From Pseudomonadota bacterium (lineage in GTDB: Bacteria; Pseudomonadota; Alphaproteobacteria; UBA11222), in contig JBMOMW010000059.1 of assembly GCA_049325255.1 (NCBI GenBank), forward strand, positions 585 to 64,584: a DNA stretch of 64,000 bases. The letters run 5' to 3'. The position numbers and the translations under genes are program-made. Below the pieces are notes generated by a model. The model was not told the origin of the DNA and did not search any database. It worked only from the letters and a program-made list of their open reading frames with translations. Shown in pieces: positions 33,885 to 44,529 of this stretch; position 1 is the stretch's first letter; every line of letters begins with the position of its first letter.

Positions 33885-34520
33885 ATGACCATAGAAATTT
33901 TTGCCTTTCCCCTAAGCCCGCGCGCCTTCAAGGCGCTCGTGGTGGCAAATCATCTGGGTGTGGACTATACGCTGCATGTGCTTGATCCGCGCAAAGGAGA
34001 TTTTCAAAAGCCGGAATATGCCGCCATTAACCCGAACATGCGCATGCCAACCCTGAAGGATGGCGATTATATCGTCTGGGAGGCCAACGCCATTCAGCAA
34101 TATCTGGCGTTGCAAAAGCCCGATAGCGGCCTGTTGCCAAAGGATGAACGCGCGCGCCTTGATGTGACGCGCTGGCAGTTCTGGGATCTTGCCCATTGGG
34201 ACCCCATATGCGGCGTCTATATGTTTGAGAATATGGTGAAGCCAATGTTGATGGGCATCAACGATCCTGACACTGCGGCGCTGGCGATGGCGGAAGAAAA
34301 ATTCAACCGCTCCGCAAAAGTTCTTGACGGCGAGTTAAAGGGGAAAAAATTTGTAACCGGCGACAGTCTGACGGTCGCGGATTTTGCTCTCGGCTGTGGG
34401 CTGGTCCATGCGGAAACGGGGAAAATTCCGCTCGGGTCTTACCCGGAAATCAGCCGCTGGCTTGCTTCGTTGCGAGCCCTGCCCGCATGGCAAAAGACCG
34501 TGGCGCAGGCGCAGCAGTAA
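33885..34520 (+). CDS. glutathione S-transferase
   Basis: 211 aa with an N-terminal thioredoxin-like GST fold (FPLSPRAFKALV..., INPNMRMPTLKDGDYIVWEANAIQQYL) and an alpha-helical C domain. Confidence 0.85.
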   Translation: MTIEIFAFPLSPRAFKALVVANHLGVDYTLHVLDPRKGDFQKPEYAAINPNMRMPTLKDGDYIVWEANAIQQYLALQKPDSGLLPKDERARLDVTRWQFWDLAHWDPICGVYMFENMVKPMLMGINDPDTAALAMAEEKFNRSAKVLDGELKGKKFVTGDSLTVADFALGCGLVHAETGKIPLGSYPEISRWLASLRALPAWQKTVAQAQQ

Positions 34521-34529
34521 GTAATTGCC

Positions 34530-35336
34530 CTATCCCGGCCTATATTCCGCCGGATCAAGTGACGTAATCACCGCCTGTGCGCCGCACAGGCGGCATTGCG
34601 GATCGCGCCGCACCCTGATTTTGCGGAAGGTGGTGTCCAGCGCATCGTAAATCAGCAGATGCCCGGCCATGCTTTCGCCGATGCCGAGCAGTTCCTTGAC
34701 CACTTCGATGCCCTGTAATGTTCCCATGACGCCCGCGACCAGGCCAAGCGTGCCGGCCTCGGCGCAATTGGGGATGCTGCCCGCAGGTGGCGGCGCCGGA
34801 AAAATGCAGCGGTAGCAGGGCTTTTCGCTCTCATAGGCCCTGTAAGTGGATAGCTGGCCTTCAAAACGCCCAAGGGCGGCGGCGACCAACGGCTTTTGCA
34901 TCAAAAAACAGGCGTCATTGAGCAAAAATTTGGTGGGAAAATTATCGCAACCATCCGCCACCAGATCATAGTCCTTAATCAGCTCACGGACATTTGCGAT
35001 ATCGAGGCGTACCGCATGGCGCACCACTTTTACATCCGGATTAATATCGGCGATGCTTTCAGCGGCGCTATCGGTTTTCGGCCTGCCAATGTCGCGGGTG
35101 TTGTGGGCGATCTGGCGTTGCAGGTTGGAGAGCGACACCACATCGTCATCCACAATGCCGAGTGTGCCCACCCCCGCCGCCGCCAGATACAGCGCCAGCG
35201 GCGATCCCAGGCCGCCCGCACCGACCAGTAATACTTTAGACGCCAGCAATCGCGCCTGCCCCGCGCCGCCCACCTCCGGCAGCATGATGTGGCGGGCGTA
35301 ACGCTCAATCTGCTCGTCTGTAAGATTCTGTTTCAT
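34530..35336 (-). CDS. moeB: MoeB/ThiF-family adenylyltransferase
   Basis: Start is at ATG 35336 (MKQNLTDEQIERYARHIMLPEVGGAGQ). GAGGLGSP nucleotide motif and CxxC pairs are present. The upstream part of ORF 35435 is MITE sequence. Confidence 0.88.
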   Translation of the reverse strand: MKQNLTDEQIERYARHIMLPEVGGAGQARLLASKVLLVGAGGLGSPLALYLAAAGVGTLGIVDDDVVSLSNLQRQIAHNTRDIGRPKTDSAAESIADINPDVKVVRHAVRLDIANVRELIKDYDLVADGCDNFPTKFLLNDACFLMQKPLVAAALGRFEGQLSTYRAYESEKPCYRCIFPAPPPAGSIPNCAEAGTLGLVAGVMGTLQGIEVVKELLGIGESMAGHLLIYDALDTTFRKIRVRRDPQCRLCGAQAVITSLDPAEYRPG

Positions 35337-35360
35337 CTGGCTTGACCTATGTCTCAGCTT

Positions 35361-35447
35361 GTCATCCCGGACTTGTTCCGGGATCCAGGAGCCAAACGCA
35401 AAAGCCTCTATATGGAACCCTGGCCCCCGCAACAAGTGCGGGGTGAC
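35361..35447. repeat. MITE/REP-like palindromic element (87 bp)
   Basis: GTCATCCCGGACTTGTTCCGGGATCCAGGAGCC and its imperfect inverted copy ...GGAACCCTGGCCCCCGCAACAAGTGCGGGGTGAC form the ends. Each arm contains its own hairpin. Confidence 0.7.
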
Positions 35448-35465
35448 AAAACGGAGTCAGGCTAC

Positions 35466-36422
35466 TCACAGCCCCTCAAACAACGCGGTCGATAAATAAC
35501 GTTCCGCAAAGGATGGAATGATCACCACAATGGTCTTGCCTTTCATCTCGGGCCGCGCGCCTATTTCCAGCGCCGCCGCCACGGCCGCGCCTGATGAAAT
35601 GCCGCCGGGAATGCCTTCCATGCGCGCCAGCTTGCGGGCCATTTCAAACGAATTTTCATTGCCGATGGTGATCACTTCATCGACCAGCGATCGATCGAGA
35701 TTGTCGGGCACAAACCCCGCGCCGATGCCCTGAATTTTGTGCGGGCCGGGTTGGCCGCCCGATAATACCGGGCTGTCTTCAGGCTCCACGGCGATCATTT
35801 TCAGGCCGGGCTTGCGCGCCTTCAATACTGAACCCACGCCGGTAAAGGTGCCGCCGGTGCCAACACCCGATATGATCACATCAACCGTGCCGCCGGTGTC
35901 GTTCCAGATTTCTTCCGCAGTGGTGCGGCGATGGATTGCCGGGTTGGCGGGATTTTCAAACTGTTGCGGCATCACCGATCCCGGATGCTGCGCCAGTAAT
36001 TCCTCTGCCCGGGCGATGGCGCCGCGCATGCCTTTTGCGGCGGGCGTCAGGTCCAGTTGCGCACCCAGCAGCGCAAACATTTTACGGCGCTCAATCGACA
36101 TGCTGTCCGGCATCACCAGAATTAATTTATAGCCCTTGGCCGCACATGTGAACGCCAAGGCAATGCCGGTGTTCCCGGATGTCGGCTCAATGATCACCGT
36201 GTCCGGAGTAAGCTTGCCCCTGGCTTCCATATCTTCGATCATGGCAACGCCAATGCGGTCCTTGACGCTGGCCAGCGGATTGAAAAATTCCAGCTTCAGC
36301 AAGATATCCGCATCAACGCCCGCCTCTTTCGGCAAACGCTGTAGCCGGACCAGCGGCGTATCGCCAATGGTTTCGGTAATGCTGTTATAGACGCGCCCGC
36401 GACCGGGTTTTTTTTCGCTCAT
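35466..36422 (-). CDS. cysK: cysteine synthase A (O-acetylserine sulfhydrylase)
   Basis: 318 aa with the PLP lysine region [11 protein letters not shown] and the GTGGT loop. Confidence 0.94.
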   Translation of the reverse strand: MSEKKPGRGRVYNSITETIGDTPLVRLQRLPKEAGVDADILLKLEFFNPLASVKDRIGVAMIEDMEARGKLTPDTVIIEPTSGNTGIALAFTCAAKGYKLILVMPDSMSIERRKMFALLGAQLDLTPAAKGMRGAIARAEELLAQHPGSVMPQQFENPANPAIHRRTTAEEIWNDTGGTVDVIISGVGTGGTFTGVGSVLKARKPGLKMIAVEPEDSPVLSGGQPGPHKIQGIGAGFVPDNLDRSLVDEVITIGNENSFEMARKLARMEGIPGGISSGAAVAAALEIGARPEMKGKTIVVIIPSFAERYLSTALFEGL

Positions 36423-36445
36423 GCTGTTTGTCTCCGGTTCATAAA

Positions 36446-36898
36446 TTAAATGTTGAAGTCTGCCTGTTTACGCTGTTCGGGCGCGACATGCGCCTTGTCC
36501 GCGCGCTTGCACAGATCCTCCACAGTGATACTGTCAAAACGGCGCATCATTTCGGCCTGCATCTCATCCCACAATGGATTGATGACCGTTTGGCCCAGCG
36601 CAGAGACAATTTCGGTCTTTTCGGTATCATTGTCATCTGTGTCGCCGATCACCCGGATAATTTCGCCAACGCTGATCCGCCGCCGTTCGCGCGCCAGTGT
36701 ATAGCCCCCGCGCGGGCCGCGCACGCCTTTCAGAATATTGGCATGCACCAGTTGCTGCATTACCTGTTCCAGATAACGTTGCGGAATACCCTGACGCTGG
36801 GTAACTTCGCGCGACTGCACCGGCGCCGGCCTGGCATTGTAGGCAATATCCACAACGGCCTCCAGCGCATAACGCATTTTTTTTGTCAGCCGAAGCAT
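36446..36898 (-). CDS. Rrf2-family transcriptional regulator
   Basis: [19 protein letters not shown]... is a typical Rrf2 HTH. It lies upstream of cysK on the same strand. Confidence 0.85.
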   Translation of the reverse strand: MLRLTKKMRYALEAVVDIAYNARPAPVQSREVTQRQGIPQRYLEQVMQQLVHANILKGVRGPRGGYTLARERRRISVGEIIRVIGDTDDNDTEKTEIVSALGQTVINPLWDEMQAEMMRRFDSITVEDLCKRADKAHVAPEQRKQADFNI

Positions 36899-36913
36899 TG
36901 ATCCAACAACCTT

Positions 36914-37363
36914 TTATGAACCCGTAGAACCAAAACCACCCGCACCCCGCCCGGTTTCGGGCAAGTCTGCAACTTCAATGAATTGCGCCTGCGCGACGCT
37001 TGCTATCACCATCTGCGCAATACGCTCGCCGCGCGTGATGGTGAACGGCGCCTTGCCGGTATTCAGCAGAATAATTCCAATCTCGCCGCGAAAATCGCAA
37101 TCGATGGTCCCGGGTGAATTCAGCACCGTGATCCCGTGTTTTAGCGCCAGACCGGAACGCGGCCGCACCTGCGCTTCATATCCCGGCGGCAGCGCCATGG
37201 CCAGACCCGTGGGGATCAGCGCCCTTTCACCCGGCGGCAAAATCAATGGATCATCGGCGGATACAGCCGCGCACAGATCAAGCCCCGCCGCCCCCGGCGT
37301 GGCGTAGGCCGGCAGCGGCAAATCGGGATTATGCGGCAACCGGCGGAATGAAACGGTCAGCAT
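36914..37363 (-). CDS. dut: dUTP diphosphatase
   Basis: 149 aa with [15 protein letters not shown], GTIDxDFRGE and GGFGSTG motifs. Confidence 0.95.
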   Translation of the reverse strand: MLTVSFRRLPHNPDLPLPAYATPGAAGLDLCAAVSADDPLILPPGERALIPTGLAMALPPGYEAQVRPRSGLALKHGITVLNSPGTIDCDFRGEIGIILLNTGKAPFTITRGERIAQMVIASVAQAQFIEVADLPETGRGAGGFGSTGS

Positions 37364-38571
37364 CAGCTTTTCGCGAAATGTTCGGCGATGCGCCGGGCCA
37401 GGCGGCGCGCCACTTCGATCTTGCTCATGGGCTGCCAGTCTTCCACACCATCTGCGGTCAGCAAATGCACGGTATTGAAATCGCCGCCCATGATGCCGGT
37501 CTCCGGCGATACGTCATTGGCGACAATCCAGTCGCAGCCCTTGCGCGCGCGTTTTTCTTTGGCATGTTTGATCACATCGCTGGTTTCCGCCGCAAAGCCA
37601 ACCACAAGGCGCGGCCGCATCCCATTTGCGGCGCTGAGGGTTTTTAGAATGTCCGGGTTTTCGGCCAGCGCCAGCTTGGGCGTACTGCCGTCATTGCGCT
37701 TTTTGATCTTGCCGCTGGATGGCGTCTCGGCACGCCAGTCGGCGACAGCGGCGGCGCAGACGGCAATATCAAAACGCCCTGCATCCTTGCAGGCGGCCAG
37801 CATGTCACAGGCGGTTTCCACCTTGCGCACACTAACGCCAGATGGCGGCGCTTCCTGCACCGGGCCGGAAACCAGCACGGTTTCCGCGCCAAGCGCGCTA
37901 AGCGCCGCCGCAATGGCATGGCCCTGCTTGCCAGATGAACGGTTGGCGATATAGCGCACCGGGTCAATCGGCTCATGCGTTGGCCCGGAAGTAACCAGGG
38001 CGCGCAATCCGTTCAGCCCCCGGCCGGTGGACGCAAGCATTGCCGTTACAGCAGTCACAATCTCGTCCGGTTCCGCCATGCGCCCCGGCCCATATTCACC
38101 ACAGGCCATATCCCCCTCATTGGGGCCAATGACTGTAACGCCGTCCCCGCGCAGGGTGGCCAGATTGCGCCGGGTAGCAGGATGGCCCCACATGCGCACA
38201 TTCATGGCGGGCGCAATCAGCACCGGCTTGTCAGTCGCCAGCAACGCCGTGGTGGCCAGATCATCAGCCTGCCCATGCGCCATTTTTGCGATCAGATCGG
38301 CTGTAGCGGGCGCCACCACCAGTAAATCCGCGTCGCGCGATAGCTGAATATGCCCCATCTCCGCTTCGTTCATCAGATCGAACAATTCGGTATAAACTTT
38401 ATCCCCGGACAGGCTGGCCACTGATAAAGGCGTCACAAACTGCGCCCCGCCCGCCGTCAGAATACAGCGCACACCGGCGCCCTGCGTCCGCAGCCTGCGG
38501 ATCAGATCCAGGCTTTTATAGGCCGCAATGCCGCCGCCGATAATAAGTAGAATGCGCTTGCCCGATAACAT
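37363..38571 (-). CDS. coaBC: bifunctional phosphopantothenoylcysteine decarboxylase/synthetase
   Basis: 402 aa with an N-terminal flavoprotein domain ([13 protein letters not shown]) and a C-terminal CoaB domain. Confidence 0.94.
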   Translation of the reverse strand: MLSGKRILLIIGGGIAAYKSLDLIRRLRTQGAGVRCILTAGGAQFVTPLSVASLSGDKVYTELFDLMNEAEMGHIQLSRDADLLVVAPATADLIAKMAHGQADDLATTALLATDKPVLIAPAMNVRMWGHPATRRNLATLRGDGVTVIGPNEGDMACGEYGPGRMAEPDEIVTAVTAMLASTGRGLNGLRALVTSGPTHEPIDPVRYIANRSSGKQGHAIAAALSALGAETVLVSGPVQEAPPSGVSVRKVETACDMLAACKDAGRFDIAVCAAAVADWRAETPSSGKIKKRNDGSTPKLALAENPDILKTLSAANGMRPRLVVGFAAETSDVIKHAKEKRARKGCDWIVANDVSPETGIMGGDFNTVHLLTADGVEDWQPMSKIEVARRLARRIAEHFAKS

Positions 38572-38645
38572 GTGTCTCGCCCGGATGCGTGTGGTGGGGT
38601 TTGGTGTAATCTACTATACGCACATGTAAATTGGAAGGGGCATCC

Positions 38646-40241
38646 CTAAAACCAGCTAAACACCAGCGCCAGAAGCGCCGCAGCGGCCACCCACCAGCCT
38701 ATGTTGGCGGAGCCGTTGCGGGCGGGCGGGGCCTCATCATGGTTCTCTTCGCCATAAAAGCGGCTGGCGGCGCGTTCGGCGCGTTCGATCAGATGCGGCA
38801 GGTTCGGCAGGGCGCGGGCGAGCGCGGCGGCGCCCTCGACGGCTTCCATCAGCCGCGCCTCCGGTCCCAGATGGTCCGCAACCCAGCCTGCTATCACGGG
38901 TTCTGACACTGCCCAGAAATCCACGTCCGGGTTCAACCCGCGCGCCACGCCTTCGACCACCACCATGGTTTTTTGCAGCAGCAGCAATTGCGGCTGGGTG
39001 CGCATGGCGAAGGTTTCGGTCACGCGGAACAGTTGCGCCAGCAGGCGGCTCATGGAAATTTCCGAGGCGCGCAGGCCAAAGATCGGCTCGCCCACCGAAC
39101 GCAGCGCCTGGGCAAACGCATCCACCGATTTGCCGTGCGTTACAAAGCCCGCCTCAAAATGCAGTTCTGCCACCCGGCGGTAATCGCGGCGCAGCAGGCC
39201 GTACAGAATTTCCGCCAGATAGCGGCGGCTGCGCGGATCGAGCCGCCCCATAATACCAAAGTCAACGGCGATGATGGCGCCATCGCGCGCCACAAACAGA
39301 TTGCCCTGATGCATATCCGCGTGAAAAAATCCATCGCGCATGGCCTGTTTCAGGAACAGTGTAATCACGCGCGCGGCCAAGGCTTTCAGATCGTGGCCCG
39401 CCGCAAGCAGCGCCGCGTTATCACCAATGGAAATGCCATCCATCCATTCCAGCGTCAGCACCCGGCGTGCGGTACGCCGCCAGTCAATGGCGGGCACACG
39501 AAATTCACCTGCCGCTATTTCCCTGGACATGTTTTCGGCCAGCTCGGATGCGGCGGCCGCCTCGTAGCGCAAATCCATTTCAAGCGCGACGCTTTCGGCC
39601 AGAATGCGCACCACTTCCGTCAGACGTAAACGGTGCAGCGCGGGCTGGGTGCGCTCGACCAGTTGCGCCGCCCATAGAAAACCGTCCAGATCGCGGGAAA
39701 AGGCCTGTTCCACGCCAGGGCGCAAAACTTTTACCGCCACCTGCTTGATAGTGGAAGTATCGTCCGTACCCGTCTTGTCCGCCACGCGCGCCTGATGCAC
39801 CTGCGCGATGCTTGCCGCCGCAATGGCGGGGCCAAACTCAATGAAATGATCGCCAAGCGCGCCGCCCAGCTCCTGTTCAATAGTCGCTTGCGCCTGCGCC
39901 TGCGCAAAAGGGGCCAGCCGGTCCTGCAGGCGCATCAGATCGCGCGCCAGTTGATCGCCAATCACATCGGGCCGCGTCGCCAGCATCTGCCCCAGCTTGA
40001 TATAGCTTGGCCCCAGATCCTGTAGCGCCTCGGCCAGCCGTTCGCCGGGTCGCATGCTGTCTGTTGCGGCAATGCGCGCCTCCCACGGCATCCGCAATCT
40101 GGCCAGCCAATGTGCGGCGCGGATCGCCAGCGGCGGCGCGGGCATATCTGCAAACGCAAACAGCGCATCATGGCGCGCCAGAACCCGCGTAGCCCGGATC
40201 AGGCGCAGGCTATTGTCAAATGCGGCAAAGGGGTCAAACAT
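38646..40241 (-). CDS. ubiB: UbiB/ABC1 atypical kinase for ubiquinone biosynthesis
   Basis: 531 aa with ABC1 domain motifs (AAASIAQVH, VAVKVLRPG, FHADMHQGN) and a C-terminal TM segment. It lies downstream of ubiE. Confidence 0.92.
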   Translation of the reverse strand: MFDPFAAFDNSLRLIRATRVLARHDALFAFADMPAPPLAIRAAHWLARLRMPWEARIAATDSMRPGERLAEALQDLGPSYIKLGQMLATRPDVIGDQLARDLMRLQDRLAPFAQAQAQATIEQELGGALGDHFIEFGPAIAAASIAQVHQARVADKTGTDDTSTIKQVAVKVLRPGVEQAFSRDLDGFLWAAQLVERTQPALHRLRLTEVVRILAESVALEMDLRYEAAAASELAENMSREIAAGEFRVPAIDWRRTARRVLTLEWMDGISIGDNAALLAAGHDLKALAARVITLFLKQAMRDGFFHADMHQGNLFVARDGAIIAVDFGIMGRLDPRSRRYLAEILYGLLRRDYRRVAELHFEAGFVTHGKSVDAFAQALRSVGEPIFGLRASEISMSRLLAQLFRVTETFAMRTQPQLLLLQKTMVVVEGVARGLNPDVDFWAVSEPVIAGWVADHLGPEARLMEAVEGAAALARALPNLPHLIERAERAASRFYGEENHDEAPPARNGSANIGWWVAAAALLALVFSWF

Positions 40242-40249
40242 CGCCGCGC

Positions 40250-40981
40250 TTATATCCGCCAGCCGGAATGAATGGCGGCGATGCCCGCCGACTGATTGCG
40301 GAATGTCACCTGCGAAAATCCCGCATCCGAGATCATACCTGCAAATTTCTGCTGATCGGGAAATTGCCGGATGCTTTCCGCCAGATATTGATAGGCTTCC
40401 CGGTTGCCGCCGATCAGCCCGCCCAGCAGCGGCATCAGCCTGAAGGAATAGAGATCATACAATGTGTCCAGCCCCGGCATTTCAACGGCTGAAAATTCCA
40501 GGCACAAAAACCGCCCGCCCGGTTTCAGCACCCGATAAGCCTCGCGCAGCGCCACATCAATATGTGTGACATTTCGAATACCAAAGGCAATGGTGTAGGC
40601 GTCAAACGCCCGGTCCGGGCAGGGCAGATTTTCCGCATTGCCCGCCAGCCAGTGAATGGGTGCATCGGGCGCGCGCTTGCGCCCCTCATTCAGCATACTG
40701 ACATTAATATCGCACACGGTGATTTCAGCCTGTCCCTTTACGCGGTCCAGAACCCGGCCCGCAATGTCGCCGGTGCCGCCCGCCACATCGATCATCTGCA
40801 AACCGGGGCGCGGGCGCAGCCAATCCACCATGGCAGCCTTCCACAGCCGGTGCATGCCCCCTGACAGCACATCATTCATCAGATCATAACGCGTCGCAAC
40901 TGCATCAAACACGCCGCCCACCAGGCGCTGCTTGTCGCCCTCGGGAACTTCCCTGAAGCCAAAATGGGTGGTTGATGTCAT
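40250..40981 (-). CDS. ubiE: ubiquinone/menaquinone C-methyltransferase UbiE
   Basis: Start is at ATG 40981 ([37 protein letters not shown]). SAM motif is DVAGGTGD. Confidence 0.94.
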   Translation of the reverse strand: MTSTTHFGFREVPEGDKQRLVGGVFDAVATRYDLMNDVLSGGMHRLWKAAMVDWLRPRPGLQMIDVAGGTGDIAGRVLDRVKGQAEITVCDINVSMLNEGRKRAPDAPIHWLAGNAENLPCPDRAFDAYTIAFGIRNVTHIDVALREAYRVLKPGGRFLCLEFSAVEMPGLDTLYDLYSFRLMPLLGGLIGGNREAYQYLAESIRQFPDQQKFAGMISDAGFSQVTFRNQSAGIAAIHSGWRI

Positions 40982-41051
40982 GGCTGGACCATAGCGCAAG
41001 TTCGCTTTAGATTGAACCGTTCCGTTCATTCCGTCCGAAAGAGAAAATTCC

Positions 41052-42680
41052 ATGTCCACCACAACCGTCCAGCAATATGACGCGATCATCATCGGCGCAG
41101 GCGTTACCGGCCTGTATCAGCTTTACCGGCTGCGCGAACTGGGGCTGTCCGTGCGGGTGATCGAGGCGGCGGGCGGCGTGGGCGGCACCTGGTTCTGGAA
41201 CCGTTATCCGGGGTGCCGGTTTGATTCTGAAAGCGAATCCTATGCCTATTCATTTTCGAAGGAATTGCTGCAGGAGTGGGATTGGACCGAGCATTATTCA
41301 CCGCAGCCGGAAACCCTGCGTTATCTCAACCATGTCGCGGATAAATTCGATCTGCGTAAGGACATTCAATTTAACACGCGGGTGCGCGCTGCAAGTTTTG
41401 ACGCCGCCGCCAATTGCTGGGAGGTTGAAGCCGAATCCGGCGAGTGCGCCCGCGCGCGCTATCTGATTACGGCGCTGGGGCCGCTATCGGCGCCCATGAT
41501 GCCCAACATTCCCGGCATGGAAGATTTCAGGGGAACCGCGTTTCACACCTTCAACTGGCCCGCCGACCCCAAAGGCTGGGGCGGCGCGGATATTGGCTAT
41601 GCGGGCAAGCGTGTGGGCATTATCGGCACCGGCGCCACGGGCGTGCAGGTGATTCAGGAAGTTGCCAAAACCGCCGGAAGCCTTACCGTGTTTCAGCGCC
41701 GGCCCAACTGGTGCACACCGCTGGGCAACAGCCCGATCAGCGCGCAAGAACAGGCGAAAATCAAGGCCAGCTATCCGGAAGTTTTCGCAAAATGCAAAAC
41801 CTCTTTCGCCAGCATGGTGCATGATTCCGATCCGCGCTCGGCGCTCGAAGTTTCGGCCGAAGAACGCGAGGCGCTGTTTGAAAAACTCTATCCCGGTCCC
41901 GGGTTCAGCCTGTGGCTGGGCGCGTTTGGGGATATTCTTACCAACCAGAAAGCCAATGACCTGATCTCTGACTTTGTCGCGAAAAAAATCCGCCAGCGGG
42001 TCAGGGATCCCAAAATCGCGGAAAAACTTATTCCCAGGGATCATGGCTTCGGCACCCGCCGCGTACCGCTGGAGACCAATTATTACGAGGTTTACAACCA
42101 GCCCAATGTGACCCTGGTCGATATCAAGGAAACCCCGATTGAGCGCATCACGCCATCCGGCGTCAAAACCAGTGACCAAGAATATGAACTGGATATTCTG
42201 ATCTACGCCACCGGGTTTGACGCGGTGACCGGCGCCATCACCCGGATCGATATCACCGGAGAGGGCGGTGTAAAACTGAAAGACAAATGGGCCAACGGCC
42301 CGCGCAGCTATCTGGGCCTGCAAAGCGCAGGCTTTCCAAACCTGTTCACATTAGTCGGCCCACAGGGCAATTCAGCGCTGTGCAATGTGCCGCGCTGCGC
42401 CGAACTGAATGTGGAATGGGTCACGGATTTTATCCGCCACATGCGCAACAATCAGCAGACATGCTCCCAACCCAGCAAGGCGGCCGAAGACGCCTGGGTC
42501 GCACAGGTAGCCGAGGTTGCGGACGCGACCCTGCTGGCCAGAACCGATAGCTGGTACACCGGCTCCAACGTCCCCGGCAAGAAACGCACCTTCCTGATCT
42601 GGGCGGGCGGCAACCCGGCCTATCGCGAAATACTCGCCGATGTGGCGGCGAAGGGATATGCGGGGTTTGAGCTTAGGTAG
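41052..42680 (+). CDS. Baeyer-Villiger (flavin-containing) monooxygenase
   Basis: 542 aa with FAD GxGxxG (IIGAGVTGL), the BVMO fingerprint [12 protein letters not shown], and a second Rossmann motif GIIGTGATG. Confidence 0.88.
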   Translation: MSTTTVQQYDAIIIGAGVTGLYQLYRLRELGLSVRVIEAAGGVGGTWFWNRYPGCRFDSESESYAYSFSKELLQEWDWTEHYSPQPETLRYLNHVADKFDLRKDIQFNTRVRAASFDAAANCWEVEAESGECARARYLITALGPLSAPMMPNIPGMEDFRGTAFHTFNWPADPKGWGGADIGYAGKRVGIIGTGATGVQVIQEVAKTAGSLTVFQRRPNWCTPLGNSPISAQEQAKIKASYPEVFAKCKTSFASMVHDSDPRSALEVSAEEREALFEKLYPGPGFSLWLGAFGDILTNQKANDLISDFVAKKIRQRVRDPKIAEKLIPRDHGFGTRRVPLETNYYEVYNQPNVTLVDIKETPIERITPSGVKTSDQEYELDILIYATGFDAVTGAITRIDITGEGGVKLKDKWANGPRSYLGLQSAGFPNLFTLVGPQGNSALCNVPRCAELNVEWVTDFIRHMRNNQQTCSQPSKAAEDAWVAQVAEVADATLLARTDSWYTGSNVPGKKRTFLIWAGGNPAYREILADVAAKGYAGFELR

Positions 42681-43074
42681 CGCCACCCACCCGCGTGCGG
42701 TATGATTTGACAGCCTCGCTCAGGATTGGGAAATTATCCCTTATATGCCCATATACCCGGCGGGCGATCGCCGCATCATAGGTGTGCGGCGTATCGTTGC
42801 GGTCATTCAGCATTTGCAGCCATGCGGCTTCGTGATCAATCCATTGCGCCGTAAAGGCCTCACGCAGTACGGCGCGCGGCGTGGCGGCGGTGACGCCTTC
42901 CGCCTCCAGCATGCGTTTCAACGTTTTCCAGTTCAGTTCAAAGGCGAACTCGAAACGCTGGATCGTGCCATCGATGGCCAATGGATTGGTCTCGGGCTCA
43001 TCCAGCGCTTCCTTTAACCGGGTCACGGCCTGCTCCAGATTGCGCAGCGATTGTCCGATTTTATCTGCGCTCAT
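42673..43074 (-). CDS. hepT: HepT-like HEPN toxin (HI0074-family nucleotidyltransferase substrate-binding protein)
   Basis: 133 aa with R-x4-H motif (RNDTPH). It overlaps the upstream MntA-like gene by 14 nt. Confidence 0.8.
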   Translation of the reverse strand: MSADKIGQSLRNLEQAVTRLKEALDEPETNPLAIDGTIQRFEFAFELNWKTLKRMLEAEGVTAATPRAVLREAFTAQWIDHEAAWLQMLNDRNDTPHTYDAAIARRVYGHIRDNFPILSEAVKSYRTRVGGAT

Positions 43075-43375
43075 ATAGAAGCCGCCCTTCCGTCAGGATT
43101 CGTCCGGCCAGTTCGGGCGCTGCTTCGTCAAGGCGCACCACATCGATCTTGAGCAAAGTGTCCGCACCGTCAACGGCTTCGCAAATGTCCGCCCAGACAC
43201 GCGCGTCGGCCCCGGGGCAGGCGATTGCCAGATCAATATCAGAGCGCGGCGAAGCGTCGCCGCGCGCCCGCGAACCGAACAGATAAATCCGCTCGATTTG
43301 CGCAAAGCGCCGTAATTTCCGTACGGCGCTTTGCGCCGGACCGGTCTGGGAGCCGGAATGGATGACCGAATTCAT
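43061..43375 (-). CDS. mntA: MntA-like minimal nucleotidyltransferase antitoxin
   Basis: 104 aa with the GSRARGDASPRSDIDL nucleotidyltransferase motif. Confidence 0.8.
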   Translation of the reverse strand: MNSVIHSGSQTGPAQSAVRKLRRFAQIERIYLFGSRARGDASPRSDIDLAIACPGADARVWADICEAVDGADTLLKIDVVRLDEAAPELAGRILTEGRLLYERR

Positions 43376-43419
43376 TTGTGAATCATAGCTTATGCGCTTA
43401 AGCCGCGCTACAACGGATC

Positions 43420-44232
43420 ATGCCTGAATTACCTGAAGTCGAAACCATCCGCCGGGGGCTGGCGCCGCGCCTGACCGGGCGGCGGATATTGCGGGTTGAT
43501 CTTAACCGCCCGGATTTGCGGTTTGCGTTTGGCGATGGTTTTGCGCCCGCGCTGACCGGGCAGAAAATTCTGGGGGTGGACCGGCGGGCGAAATATCTGC
43601 TGATCGCGCTGGAGGGGGGCGGCGTTCTGCTGTCGCATCTGGGCATGACCGGGCGCTATAGTTTTGATCCCGAACCCAAAACGCATGATCATGTGGTGCT
43701 TCACCTTAATGACGGGGTGCGGCTGGTGTATAGCGACCCGCGCCGTTTTGGATTTATGGAACTGATCGCGCCGGGCGAACTTGCGCAAAACCGTTTTCTG
43801 GCTGGCCTGGGCATTGAACCGTTGGGCAATGAACTCAGCGGCGCGCATCTGGCGCACAAATTTGCGGGCCGCCGCACACCACTCAAGGCGGCGCTGCTGG
43901 ATCAGCGCATCATTGCGGGGCTTGGCAATATCTATGTCTGTGAGGCGCTGTTTCGCGCCGGGCTTTCACCACTGCGTCTTGCAGGCACGATCAAGGGTGC
44001 GCGGGCGGAAAAATTATCGCAGGCCATTCGCGAGGTGTTACAGGACGCCATTGCGGCGGGCGGCTCCACCTTGCGCGATTATGCGGCGGCGGATGGCAAG
44101 CTTGGCTATTTCCAGCACGGCTTTGATGTCTATGACCGCGAAGGGCAACCCTGCAAGAAATGCAAAAAAACCATTGCGCGCATTGCGCAATCCGGGCGCT
44201 CCAGTTTCTTTTGCCCGAAATGCCAGAAATAG
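43420..44232 (+). CDS. mutM: formamidopyrimidine-DNA glycosylase
   Basis: MPELPEVE at the N-terminus and a C-terminal zinc finger CKKCKK...CPKCQ. Confidence 0.96.
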   Translation: MPELPEVETIRRGLAPRLTGRRILRVDLNRPDLRFAFGDGFAPALTGQKILGVDRRAKYLLIALEGGGVLLSHLGMTGRYSFDPEPKTHDHVVLHLNDGVRLVYSDPRRFGFMELIAPGELAQNRFLAGLGIEPLGNELSGAHLAHKFAGRRTPLKAALLDQRIIAGLGNIYVCEALFRAGLSPLRLAGTIKGARAEKLSQAIREVLQDAIAAGGSTLRDYAAADGKLGYFQHGFDVYDREGQPCKKCKKTIARIAQSGRSSFFCPKCQK

Positions 44233-44258
44233 TCGCCAATTTTCCTTGATTTTTCCTT

Positions 44259-44276
44259 TATAATGTTATTACATTA
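44259..44276 (+). promoter_or_regulatory. TATAAT -10 box overlapping inverted repeat TAATGT-N4-ACATTA (putative antitoxin operator)
   Basis: TATAAT lies at 44259-44264. The inverted-repeat arms are 44261-44266 and 44271-44276, about 26 nt upstream of the antitoxin ATG. I saw no good -35 hexamer. Confidence 0.4.
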
Positions 44277-44301
44277 GTGATAACGCAACGGGAGAGGCGT
44301 C

Positions 44302-44529
44302 ATGATTGAACTCAAGGTTCGCAAATTCGGTAATTCGCTGGGCGTCGTGCTGCCCAAGGAAGTCATCAACCGGCTGCACACCAAAGACGGCGCGCCGCTG
44401 TTCCTGATCGAGGCGGCGGATGGAACCTACCGGCTGACCCCCTATGATCCGGCGTTCGAGCAGAAAATGGCGAAGGCCGAAGACATTATCACGCGCTATC
44501 GTAACACGCTGCACACCCTGGCTAAATGA
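44302..44529 (+). CDS. AbrB/MazE/SpoVT-fold antitoxin (Phd-like partner of Doc)
   Basis: 75 aa. MIELKVRKFGNSLGVVLPKEVINRL is a swapped-hairpin beta-barrel motif. It has a 4-nt overlap with doc. Confidence 0.8.
   Translation: MIELKVRKFGNSLGVVLPKEVINRLHTKDGAPLFLIEAADGTYRLTPYDPAFEQKMAKAEDIITRYRNTLHTLAK

Noticed and set aside
44246-44251. TTGATT as the -35 box for the phd-like/doc promoter
   Set aside because: It lies only 7 nt from the TATAAT box, which is an incompatible spacing.
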